Positions 1 to 9,429 of a stretch of DNA of 64,000 nt are shown in pieces (the stretch's first letter is position 1; every line of letters starts with the position of its first letter). The DNA is from Phoronis australis (lineage: Eukaryota; Animalia; Phoronida), in the NCBI GenBank assembly GCA_002633005.1, contig NMRA01000031.1, positions 124,001 through 188,000 on the forward strand, written 5' to 3'. Below the pieces are notes generated by a model that was not told where the DNA came from, ran no database searches, and saw only the letters and a program-made list of their open reading frames with translations. The translations under genes and the position numbers were made by a program.

Positions 1-77
1 CTGACCTTCTTGCTCTCCGTCTGCTGGAACACATCGACAAGAGCAGAATCATGCGACTGAACGCTAAATCTCGCCAT
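1..77 (-). CDS. Possible first coding exon of an unidentified gene running off the left edge (MARFSVQSHDSALVDVFQQTESKKV...)
   Basis: Minus-strand acceptor ...CTTTTTCAG at 93-91, then an in-frame TGA and an ATG at 77-75; frame open to position 1. No recognisable homology. Confidence 0.3.
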   Translation of the reverse strand, partial: MARFSVQSHDSALVDVFQQTESKKV

Positions 78-1146
78 TGGTCAACTGTGCCTGAAAAAGT
101 TCAGGTTTGTTGAAAGTTGTCATGTGACTTGGTTTTTGGGCCACTTCCAGTGTGCAATGCAAAATCTAATGAGTTGCCAGTTGTTTTCAATAGATGTTAT
201 GGCTGTTGTGTGTGTAATGCATTTTCTTAATCACATGTAAGCTCGGTGGACAGGGTGCATATGTTGAGGCCATCCTGCTGTTTGCCGCAAGTCAGATTGA
301 CTTTCGGTACTACGTTTGACGCAGATGAAACACAGCACACATCACGAATTTTTGGCCGACCGGTCGGAAATTGGTCGACGACCGGCCGTCGACCGGTCGT
401 CTAGCCGNGCGTGGTTGCGCTGCACGCGAAACAAGATGGCGGACGAACTTTGGAGCCTGACGAAAATAGGTAACCGGACTATACATCCCCACAAAAAGTT
501 ACGAATTTCAAAATACAGGAAATAAAATCAAATGAAACATGCACATATGCACATGGAGTTACCGGGCAATTAACACATTCTGGGGATGATTCAGTTAAGA
601 TAATTTGACTCAATGGAAATCTGTCGCAGTTTGTTCCAGTCTGTTTCTCGTGTTGAGTGCCATTTTGGCATTTTGAGGAAGTTATGTGGAATCACGCATG
701 CTGGCAAATAAATAGTCGAAGGGATGCAAATCTTACAAATTTCACCTACTATTTACCAATTGTCACGAACCAGCGTCACGCGCTTCGCTCAGTCTCGCGC
801 TATAGCAGCTAGCTTTGCCTAACTCACATGACTCGGTTGAAATACTTTGTGGTCATCGCACGCGTGGTGAAAAAGTTGATGGTGACCAAAAAAATGGAGT
901 TGGATTACTTCTCTAAAGTCACCTTAATTCTCGTAACTATGCTTCATCTAAGATATGTGTAGAAGTAGAAAGGTTCAGCCACTGAAGAAAGTAAGCGCTG
1001 TTTTAAGTGATAGTTTTAAGTGTGAAATGTATTTTTCACAAGATGAAAACTCTTAATCGGTGACCGAATGTGGCCTGCCGGCTGTGTAAAATAAACACGG
1101 GACAAAAATCGTACAGAAAGCGATGGGAAGTATTGTAGCCCCTAAC

Positions 1147-1301
1147 TGTTGAGTTGTTAAGTGAATAAAGAACGATCTTCAGGATAACTAGTACTGCTTT
1201 TATTGATGTGCACTAACTGGTGCTCACACTACAACTAACAGATGTTTACACTATGTAATATATATATATAGATAGACCGGTAGAGGTCGCTCATATCAAC
1301 A
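1147..1301 (-). mobile_element. 3' LTR (155 bp) of the Ty3/Gypsy element
   Basis: Bounded by inverted termini TGTTGA...TCAACA; polypurine tract GAGAAAGGGAGA (minus strand, 1313-1302) abuts it; minus-strand AATAAA near 1200 and a TATA-rich tract near 1255-1270. Confidence 0.85.
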
Positions 1302-2364
1302 TCTCCCTTTCTCAAATCAAATAAAAACTCGTAAGTTTTTCTTTCCCATTTTACCAGATATGAGTTTCCCTACGGCGTCAAAATGAACAAGCTAATCCAC
1401 TTATCATATGTTTCTTACACAAAATCATTGAACTAAATCGTCACTTAAGCAAATGTTTGAGCAATCACTTAAACAAATGTTCATCAGCAATCATAGTCCC
1501 TGAGATAATTTGGTCGTTTGGTCACTCGTTGTGAACGTCTCGGCACTACAACAGGGAGATTGTCTGTCGGTGATATACTGTTGTCAGCGTTTCCGGTTGC
1601 GGTTGTCTGTGGTGCATTACCGTTTCCCGATGCCGTTGATTGACTGGTTTCGGCGTTAGGCACTTTCGGTTCCGGAGATTTTTCACGGATGTTTGGCCTA
1701 ATTTGCGTAGGACGAATATGCTTTCGATTGCGTTCGAATATTTGTCCGTTCTCCGCTTTCACAAAATAACTTCGTGTGCCGGATTTCTGTACAANACTAC
1801 AACTAATAGATGTTTACTCTATGTAACATATATATATAGAGACCGGTAGAGGTCGCTCATATCAACATCTCCCTTTCTCAAATCAAATAAAAACTCGTAA
1901 GTTTTTCTTTCCCTTTTTACCAGATATGAGTTTCCCTACGGCGTCAAAATGAACAAACTAATCCACTTATCATATGTTTCTTACACAAAATCATTGAACT
2001 AAATCGTCACTTAAGCAACTGTTTATATGAGCAATCACTTAAACAAATGTTCATCAGCAATCATAGTCCCTGAGATAATTTGGTCGTTTGGTTACTCGTT
2101 GTGAACGTCTCGGCACTACAACAGGGAGATTGTCTGTCGGTGATATACTGTTGTCAGCGTTTCCGGTTGCGGTTGTCTGTGGTGCATTACCGTTTCCCGA
2201 TGCCGTTGATTGACTGGTTTCGGCGTTAGGCACTTTCGGTTCCGGAGATTTTTCACGGATGTTTGGCCTAATTTGCGTAGGACGAATATGCTTTCGATTG
2301 CGTTCGAATATTTGTCCGTTCTCCGCTTTTACAAAATAACTTCGTGTGCCGGATTTCTGTACAA
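1228..2364. repeat. Near-identical tandem duplication (1228-1794 and 1796-2364) of the Gypsy 3' end, joined at a single N; probable assembly overlap
   Basis: Both copies run ACTACAACTAA...GATTTCTGTACAA with a few SNPs/indels; the junction is the N at 1795. Confidence 0.85.
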
Positions 2365-4750
2365 CCGTTCCAAGAATCCATATGTCACCTTCTTTATGTT
2401 GAAAATATACAGGTTGATCTATGACAAGCTCCGGTAGATCACACGAATTTTTGTCATAGTATCGCTTCACCGTTGCCTTTCGCGCTTCTCTCCGCTGTCG
2501 CGCTTTCTCGAGGCTAACGTTTAGTTTGATGTTTCTGTTCATCATGGGCAATTGCGTTCTTATTTTACGGTTGAACATCAGTTCACTTGGGCTTACACCA
2601 GTCGCGTTCGGGGTCATTCGCTGTTCGAGGATTGCCAAATATATATCGTTTCCCGATTTGGCTGTCTTCAACATAAGATTTTTCATTTGCTTCACTGCAG
2701 CCTCGGCCTTTCCGTTCGCGCTCTGGTGCATTGGTTTCGATTTCGTGTGCACAATCTGCCAATCGCGAATAAAACGTTCGAACTCAGTCGAAGTGAATTG
2801 CGAACCACCATCCGTATTTATCTGTTTTGGGATTCCGTATCGCGCGCACAGCTTCTTCAATTGTATAATGACCTGAGATGATGTCGTTTTGTACATCCTC
2901 TCCACTTCCACAAAATTGGAAAAATAATCCACGGTTATTAGAAAATGTTTCCCGTCGATCTCGAATAGATCCATGCCTATTTTTTCCCACGGGTGTATTC
3001 CTGCGTTATGTTGCATCAAGCTTTCTTTCTGCGGCCGTGCCTTCAACTCTTGGCACGGTTCACACGCTTCTGTGATTCGTTGCAAATCTTTGTTTATTCC
3101 GGGCCACCAAATCACTCCCTTGGCGCGTCGTATCATGCTATCGTAGCCTAGATGCGCTGCATGTAATCGTTGCAGCATGTTGTTCCGTAATGACTTCGGA
3201 ATCAATATGGCTTCTCCTTTAACAATAAGCCCATTATGTGAGGATAACACATCCCTCATATCATAAAATACTTTCACCTCGGGTGGAACATCCGACTTGT
3301 TTTCGGGCCACCCATCCTGGATAATGCTAAGTAGTGACTGCATCGTTGCGTCACTTTCCAACGCAGCTTTAATTTCCGCCACCCGGGCGTCAGGAATTTC
3401 GTCCAGGGGCTGCACACACATAATCCTAGCCCGATCGTCTATCACGCTCTCGACACATGCTCGACTCAATGTGTCTGCGATGTACAAACTTTCGCCTTTC
3501 ACGTAGCGAAACTCGATATCATATCGATACAGTCGCATCATGAGCGCCTGAATACGCTTGGGTGCCTGCCCTAACGGCTTTTGTAAAATGAAATCTAGGG
3601 GGCGATGATCATTTTTCACTATCACTCGCCTCCCATACGCATATTGATCAAATCGTTCCAAACCGTACACTACACTCAGCAATTCTTTCTCCATCTGAGA
3701 CCAATTTCTTTCTGCAGGTGTTAGTGTCCTTGATGCATATTCGACTGGCTGGTCGTTTTGTAACAAACATGCGCCCATGCCGTCCTTGCTACTGTCGACT
3801 TGCAGCACGACTTCTTTTGCAGAATCAAAATACGTCAGTACAGGAGTGTCGGACAGTTTCTGCTTAATTTTCTGAAAAGCTTTCTGGCACTCATTTGACC
3901 ACAAAAACTTCGCCGTATTGCGTGTCAAGGCTCTAATTGGTTCAAGATCCTGGGCCAAGTTCGGCAGAAAACGAGATACATATTGAACCATCCCGCAAAA
4001 TCGCTTAACTGCTGAGACATCTGTTGGTACAGGCATATCGGATATCGCCTGCACTTTTGCTTTGTCCACTTTCACTCCGTCGCGACTGATCACGTGCCCA
4101 TGAAATGTTATTTCAGATAACCCAACTGCTTTCTTGGCCTCATTAAGCCTGATTTTCTGTTCTCGGCATCTGTCTTGCAGTTTCTTGATTTTCATGTTGT
4201 GATCCGCTGTTGCTTCCGCCAGCGTGTCGCCACAGCCGGCTACAATGATATCATCAGCTACTGTAAATATTCCATCTAAATCACCGAGCGCTTCGGTAAT
4301 TTTTCTTTGGAAAATTTCACCGCTTACTTTAAGTCCGAATGGTAGACGCGCCCATCTGACGCGGCTTCCAAAAGAGGTTATCATTGTTGTCAGAAAACTC
4401 GATTTTTCGTCTAGGCGCACGTGCCAAAATGCCTCTTTCACGTCATATTTGCTAAATATTTTTGCGTTATTTAGCTTTGGCAAAACTTCATCCAATGTAG
4501 GCATCTTATAGTGTTCGCGCAACAATGCCTTGTTCAGTGGCTGAGGATCAATACATATGCGCAAACTTCCGTTTGGTTTTCTTACTACTGCCATTTGTGA
4601 TACCCATTTGGTTGGTTCAGTTACCGGTATCAATATTCCACGTTCAATCAAGTTATCCAATTCTGCCTTTACCTCTGCTTGCAATGCAATGGGTATTTTC
4701 CTTGCAGGCAATGTTTTGGGGGGGATCTTGTCATCAGTGACAAAGGACAC
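2054..4750 (-). CDS. pol: Gypsy Pol polyprotein (RT, RNase H, integrase), N-terminally truncated by the gap
   Basis: RT motifs LRICIDPQPLN, YDVKEAFW, LPFGL, VADDII; RNase H VDSSKDGMGACL, EKELLSV, NDHRPL; integrase HHCC (HAAHLG...CEPC) and DDE (GMDLF, TDGGSQF, NGKAEAAVK). 898 codons without a stop. Confidence 0.95.
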   Translation of the reverse strand: MSFVTDDKIPPKTLPARKIPIALQAEVKAELDNLIERGILIPVTEPTKWVSQMAVVRKPNGSLRICIDPQPLNKALLREHYKMPTLDEVLPKLNNAKIFSKYDVKEAFWHVRLDEKSSFLTTMITSFGSRVRWARLPFGLKVSGEIFQRKITEALGDLDGIFTVADDIIVAGCGDTLAEATADHNMKIKKLQDRCREQKIRLNEAKKAVGLSEITFHGHVISRDGVKVDKAKVQAISDMPVPTDVSAVKRFCGMVQYVSRFLPNLAQDLEPIRALTRNTAKFLWSNECQKAFQKIKQKLSDTPVLTYFDSAKEVVLQVDSSKDGMGACLLQNDQPVEYASRTLTPAERNWSQMEKELLSVVYGLERFDQYAYGRRVIVKNDHRPLDFILQKPLGQAPKRIQALMMRLYRYDIEFRYVKGESLYIADTLSRACVESVIDDRARIMCVQPLDEIPDARVAEIKAALESDATMQSLLSIIQDGWPENKSDVPPEVKVFYDMRDVLSSHNGLIVKGEAILIPKSLRNNMLQRLHAAHLGYDSMIRRAKGVIWWPGINKDLQRITEACEPCQELKARPQKESLMQHNAGIHPWEKIGMDLFEIDGKHFLITVDYFSNFVEVERMYKTTSSQVIIQLKKLCARYGIPKQINTDGGSQFTSTEFERFIRDWQIVHTKSKPMHQSANGKAEAAVKQMKNLMLKTAKSGNDIYLAILEQRMTPNATGVSPSELMFNRKIRTQLPMMNRNIKLNVSLEKARQRREARKATVKRYYDKNSCDLPELVIDQPVYFQHKEGDIWILGTVVQKSGTRSYFVKAENGQIFERNRKHIRPTQIRPNIREKSPEPKVPNAETSQSTASGNGNAPQTTATGNADNSISPTDNLPVVVPRRSQRVTKRPNYLRDYDC

Positions 4751-4752
4751 CT

Positions 4753-5595
4753 NNNNNNNNNNNNNNNNNNNNNNNNNNNNNNNNNNNNNNNNNNNNNNNN
4801 NNNNNNNNNNNNNNNNNNNNNNNNNNNNNNNNNNNNNNNNNNNNNNNNNNNNNNNNNNNNNNNNNNNNNNNNNNNNNNNNNNNNNNNNNNNNNNNNNNNN
4901 NNNNNNNNNNNNNNNNNNNNNNNNNNNNNNNNNNNNNNNNNNNNNNNNNNNNNNNNNNNNNNNNNNNNNNNNNNNNNNNNNNNNNNNNNNNNNNNNNNNN
5001 NNNNNNNNNNNNNNNNNNNNNNNNNNNNNNNNNNNNNNNNNNNNNNNNNNNNNNNNNNNNNNNNNNNNNNNNNNNNNNNNNNNNNNNNNNNNNNNNNNNN
5101 NNNNNNNNNNNNNNNNNNNNNNNNNNNNNNNNNNNNNNNNNNNNNNNNNNNNNNNNNNNNNNNNNNNNNNNNNNNNNNNNNNNNNNNNNNNNNNNNNNNN
5201 NNNNNNNNNNNNNNNNNNNNNNNNNNNNNNNNNNNNNNNNNNNNNNNNNNNNNNNNNNNNNNNNNNNNNNNNNNNNNNNNNNNNNNNNNNNNNNNNNNNN
5301 NNNNNNNNNNNNNNNNNNNNNNNNNNNNNNNNNNNNNNNNNNNNNNNNNNNNNNNNNNNNNNNNNNNNNNNNNNNNNNNNNNNNNNNNNNNNNNNNNNNN
5401 NNNNNNNNNNNNNNNNNNNNNNNNNNNNNNNNNNNNNNNNNNNNNNNNNNNNNNNNNNNNNNNNNNNNNNNNNNNNNNNNNNNNNNNNNNNNNNNNNNNN
5501 NNNNNNNNNNNNNNNNNNNNNNNNNNNNNNNNNNNNNNNNNNNNNNNNNNNNNNNNNNNNNNNNNNNNNNNNNNNNNNNNNNNNNNNNNNNNNNN
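4753..5595. other. Assembly gap (N run)
   Basis: Continuous Ns. Confidence 1.
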
Positions 5596-6610
5596 GGTAC
5601 CTTGACTATATATCCAGTCACGCCGAAGAAGTGCTTAAAACCACTATCAGCATCAACCTCCTGTGTAGCACTTCACATCACAATCGAGAATTTAATTTCA
5701 CAAAAACGAGAAAACAAAGACAAGCTAATTCAGTTGAAAGTTTCTTAGCTCCACGGACATGAGTGTGACGTATGACTCGTACGCAGCGCCTATATATTAT
5801 GTCCACCAACAAGTGAGATTTTTGTGCCCTGTCAGCGCTTCTCTCTTCTCGTACAGCGGGAAAGTAAAGAACCACAACACGATCAAATACTAAGTTGTCA
5901 CAATCACCATAATCGCAACGTCTCGCCGTTCCTTATGATACCATAAACCATGAGAGAAAGAGCAGCAATATCTGATGATTTTTCACACTAAACCCAGTGG
6001 AGGATGATTAGTGCGGCAGTGATTGGTTGTCCCGATTTTACGTTATGTGTTTCGACCAATAAATGCTCGTAATTCGAGATCAATTATTTAACATACATGT
6101 ATGGCCAGACAGTACTTGCGGGTGTTATCAAGTGCCTAGCATCAAGATCAAAGGAAACATGTAGCCCTACAACACTCATAGCTGAAATGGACAACCCACC
6201 AATAACGTTCGACATGTATCCATGGTTACCCAAAAAGTTCACCGAATCAGCAATATCACAGAGACCAAAAAGTAGAAACACTGCGCAACCTATACTCCCT
6301 TGCATATCTGGAATCTCTAAAAAAAACTAGGACGCATATACAATGAATTCAAAATAAGAACCGCAAATCCTAGCTCAGACATCTTGTGTCGGCGGCTGAC
6401 AAAAGCCAAATCAAAAACAGACATGGGAAACAAAGGAACGTCGTCTATCAAATTTCTTGTGAATGCGGCAGGTCCTACACCAACGAAACATTTAGGCCAT
6501 TGGAAGCCAGGATCGATGAACACAAAAATACTGCAGAGATGGCGATAACTCATCGGGAGTAGCAGAACATACATGTATGTGGACAAAACAGCATAACATT
6601 CAGTAGGATA

Positions 6611-6915
6611 GCGTTTATAGTTGGCGAAGTGCGATTATGTCAGACATACATCCGAGTTATGTTTGATCTAAATCTCAACTGTGTGTGACATAAATAATTA
6701 TGTCTGGTATATCTTAATTTATGTCTGACGTAATTCTCGAATAATATCGTACATAATTCATAAATACCAACCAATATAAATATCCGCCATTATTCTATGT
6801 ATATCTGACATAAATCATACTTATGTCTGATATAATGCTGATTCATGTTTGACATATTTCGGATTTATGTCAGACATAAATCTGAATTATATCGCAGTGC
6901 TTCAACCGAAAACGC
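6611..6915. mobile_element. MITE-like insertion within the Penelope remnant
   Basis: Imperfect terminal inverted repeats (GCGTTT.{3}GTTG.{6}TGCGAT); interior built from many TTATGTCWGACATAA-like palindromes; splits the endonuclease reading frame. Confidence 0.6.
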
Positions 6916-7154
6916 CCGGATACTTGACAGTGAAACAGGCCACACAAAAAAAGAAGTAAGGAAGATACACATATAAGTATAACAAATTTACACCCAAGTT
7001 AATGGATGTCTCGGTGTTGCCGTGATTAAACTGCTGACAATCTAAAGGTCCCAGACTCGATCCCAGCCTGCTCCAATGAAAAATATTAACATTTCTCATC
7101 ATTGCCCGCCACGAGTACACCATACAATCGTGCTTGTTCTAATCACGCTGTAAC

Positions 7155-7198
7155 ACCTGAGGATGACCGCAGAAATGACCGACCGAAATATTCGGTCG
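7155..7198 (+). ncRNA. Degenerate hammerhead-ribozyme-like motif in the Penelope pseudo-LTR
   Basis: CTGAGGA (CUGANGA core) at 7157-7163 and GAAA at 7185-7188, downstream of the GIY-YIG region where Penelope elements carry minimal hammerheads; stem II pairs poorly. Confidence 0.45.
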
Positions 7199-7721
7199 TG
7201 CCAGAGTAAATAAGATAGAGGATACGATAAAAAGACCAATAGATTTTAGAGAGGATGTTGCCACACCTCCACCTCAAGGCGAGTACAGGAAAACACCACT
7301 CTATATTATCGTTAAGAAATTAATCTCAAAAGGCTCTTCAGTAAAACAGAGGTGGTTTCTGAGCTTGGAACGAACTCAAAGTTTTGAAAACTAGGTGGAT
7401 CACTTTATATACCGAGCACTGCCTCGAGCAATAACGAACTTTAATATTTTGAGCTCAAAATTTTTTTCATCTGAGTTAGGAACAAACTGAGATCATTTTT
7501 GGCGGTAACTTTCATTTTGGGAACCCCAACTCACACCTGCTTCAGTTCTGTTAAGAAACATGGCCACATTCGCCCAACCAATGACTTCATTTAAATTCTA
7601 CAAGCTTAGTACTTGGCAGAAAATATACTATTGCTGTGTAAATTTCTATAGCTTTGTTAATATGCTAAATGCACTTATTACCCAATAAGGCCAGTCTCTG
7701 AATTGACTGACAAATCTCTAG

Positions 7722-7767
7722 AGTGCAATCCACAATGGGGAATTTTCCCTAGAACAAGTTACTTCAG
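7722..7767 (+). CDS. Cysteine-rich FN1-like protein, exon A (CNPQWGIFPRTSYFR)
   Basis: Branch-like CTGAC plus CTCTAG acceptor and CAG|GTAAGA donor; phase 1 in, phase 2 out, matching the next exon. Confidence 0.55.
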
Positions 7768-8090
7768 GTAAGAGTTGTCTCTTGGTTCAATAACGGACGC
7801 TATTTACCCTGGAACAACTAGAAGATGACACACGAGTGACAACATAACCCTCACTATGGTAGCTAGGGTAACGTGTAGGTCATTTCATTTAATGATTGTG
7901 AACTAGAAAGAACAGTTAGTGAGCGGATAACTCAAAAATACCGTGTTGATCCTAACCCAACAGATTATCTGCTTCCATGATGATTCACGCGAGGTGGAGA
8001 GCCAGATATCTGAAGAATAGAGGTGCACATAAAACCTTTCTCTCACTTCAGTTCTGTCGATACTGTTTTGTCCCCCTGTTTACTTTATAG

Positions 8091-8191
8091 GTGCCTTCGA
8101 ATCGGTTGGGCGGGACTTTCACTATTTCCCCGTTGTCGCGTTCAAATGGCTTCCAATACCTGTGTCACGTCAGTTGACAACTGCCCAACAA
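8091..8191 (+). CDS. Cysteine-rich FN1-like protein, exon B (CLRIGWAGLSLFPRCRVQMASNTCVTSVDNCPT)
   Basis: Long polypyrimidine tract plus TATAG acceptor and A|GTAAGT donor; phase 2 in, phase 1 out; 4 Cys. Confidence 0.7.
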
Positions 8192-8345
8192 GTAAGTAAC
8201 TTTGACATTTTTAATACTCCAATTGCGGAAAAACCTCTTTATGAACAAGATGGGTAGACAGGAACTGGCGCGACTGTTGACGTTTGATTTAGAAAAATGA
8301 CTAGATACTGTCTTAAATTTTATGCAATATTTGCGTGGTTTTAAT

Positions 8346-8500
8346 CAGTGTTGTAGTAGGGGTAGGCGCACGTAGGCACAGCCAACCACCTTCTGGCATT
8401 TGAACGTAGCGCCTACGCTCCGTAAGTTACGTTCAGTGCTCAAGGTGATACGGTGGGTTTTGGGCGCCTACTTACCGCTTACTTTACCACTACAGCACTG
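8346..8500. mobile_element. hAT-like MITE (155 bp)
   Basis: TIRs CAGTGTTGTAGT / ACTACAGCACTG; flanking 8-mers GTTTTAAT and GTGATAAT (6/8 identical, decayed TSD). Confidence 0.7.
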
Positions 8501-8892
8501 GTGATAATGAGGCTAATAAAACCGTGCTCAGTCACATGAACCTCAGACAAAGTAAATGTATACCAACAAGAACCATCTTTATTTAAGTCACTTATGCTAT
8601 GAAATCGATCTCAATTTGTTCTCTAGTCAAATTGGAAATGATTCCAGGACTCCAAAAGAACTGACAGTTTGCAGTTTACTTGAGATCAGGCAATACAAGT
8701 GGCGTGTCACTGTCAGAGTCCTTTTTATGCACCAAGCAATGTCTTAGGGGAATAGAAACTGAACTTTCAGTTCCTTGCAAACGTTTAGTAAGCAACAAAT
8801 GGAGATCAATTTTTAAGCGGTATTAAGTGGTTTAAATCGAAAGTTCATTTCTGTGACGGAACGTGGTTTCGTTTTAATTTTCTTTCGCACAG

Positions 8893-9075
8893 CCTGCAGA
8901 GATACCAGTGGTCTAACTCGTGAATGGAACGAGACATGGGTAGAGACAAGATGGGGACTGGTTACGTTTGATTGTGTGTGTAACCATCCAAAAGCATGGT
9001 GGTTTCCTCGTCCCGGCCGTATGTCGCCAGGGCTGTTTGAGAAGATCCCACCATCAGCAAACTGCACCCGACGAG
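8893..9075 (+). CDS. Cysteine-rich FN1-like protein, exon C (FN1-like module 1: CRDTSGLTREWNETWVETRWGLVTFDCVC...ANCTRR)
   Basis: TTTCTTTCGCACAG acceptor and GAG|GTAAAC donor; symmetric phase 1-1 exon; pattern CxDxxG...ETW...CxC...C. Confidence 0.75.
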
Positions 9076-9429
9076 GTAAACCTGCGCAAAGCTTGTATGT
9101 ACACAGTCGTTCGAGTGAAATTTGATCTCAAAACTTCACTTCATGACAGCTAATATACATAAAGTCTTTTCAGATTTTTGCACCTTGCTGACAGATTTTA
9201 TTCCCGTGCATATCTGTTATTTAGTGGAATGTGGATATGCTCATTATGGTAAACTAAACCTTGTCTGCCTGTGTAACTCAGTTAAGACACCGTGGTTAAA
9301 TAGACCTCTCAGGCGAACGTTATGTCTCTTGGTTTGTTACTTCATTCCTGCACACCAGAAGAAAGGAGACTGTTCCGATATTACGAACTTACTAGTATCA
9401 AGCTCACTATCAAAAAGCCTGGTCGTGTC

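Larger units (their letters stand above)
1147..4752 (-). mobile_element. Ty3/Gypsy LTR retrotransposon (Mag-like); 5' part (protease, gag, 5' LTR) not visible beyond the N gap
   Basis: Intact pol ORF, 3' UTR, PPT and LTR in the expected order; domain order RT-RNaseH-integrase is the Ty3/Gypsy order. Confidence 0.93.
6104..7240 (+). mobile_element. Decayed Penelope-like retroelement 3' portion (RT C-terminus, GIY-YIG endonuclease, pseudo-LTR), interrupted by a MITE
   Basis: Frameshifted translation GVIKCLASRSKETCS...HGYPKKF...ILPCISGISKK...NVVYQISCECGRSYTNETFRPLEARIDEHK...AEH..WTKQHNIQ, resuming after the insertion with NARILDSE; matches the remembered Penelope pattern VVYxIxCxCGxxYIGETxRxLxxRIxEH. 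Confidence 0.8.

Noticed and set aside
1484-1762. 92-aa ORF as a second gene or a tandem-LTR structure
   Set aside because: Identical to the Pol C-terminus inside a duplication joined at the N at 1795; probably an artefact.
2210-4740. Plus-strand ORFs overlapping pol
   Set aside because: Antisense shadows of the Pol coding frame with no motifs of their own.
4557-5762. Long ORFs of 295-401 aa
   Set aside because: Made almost entirely of N-gap codons.
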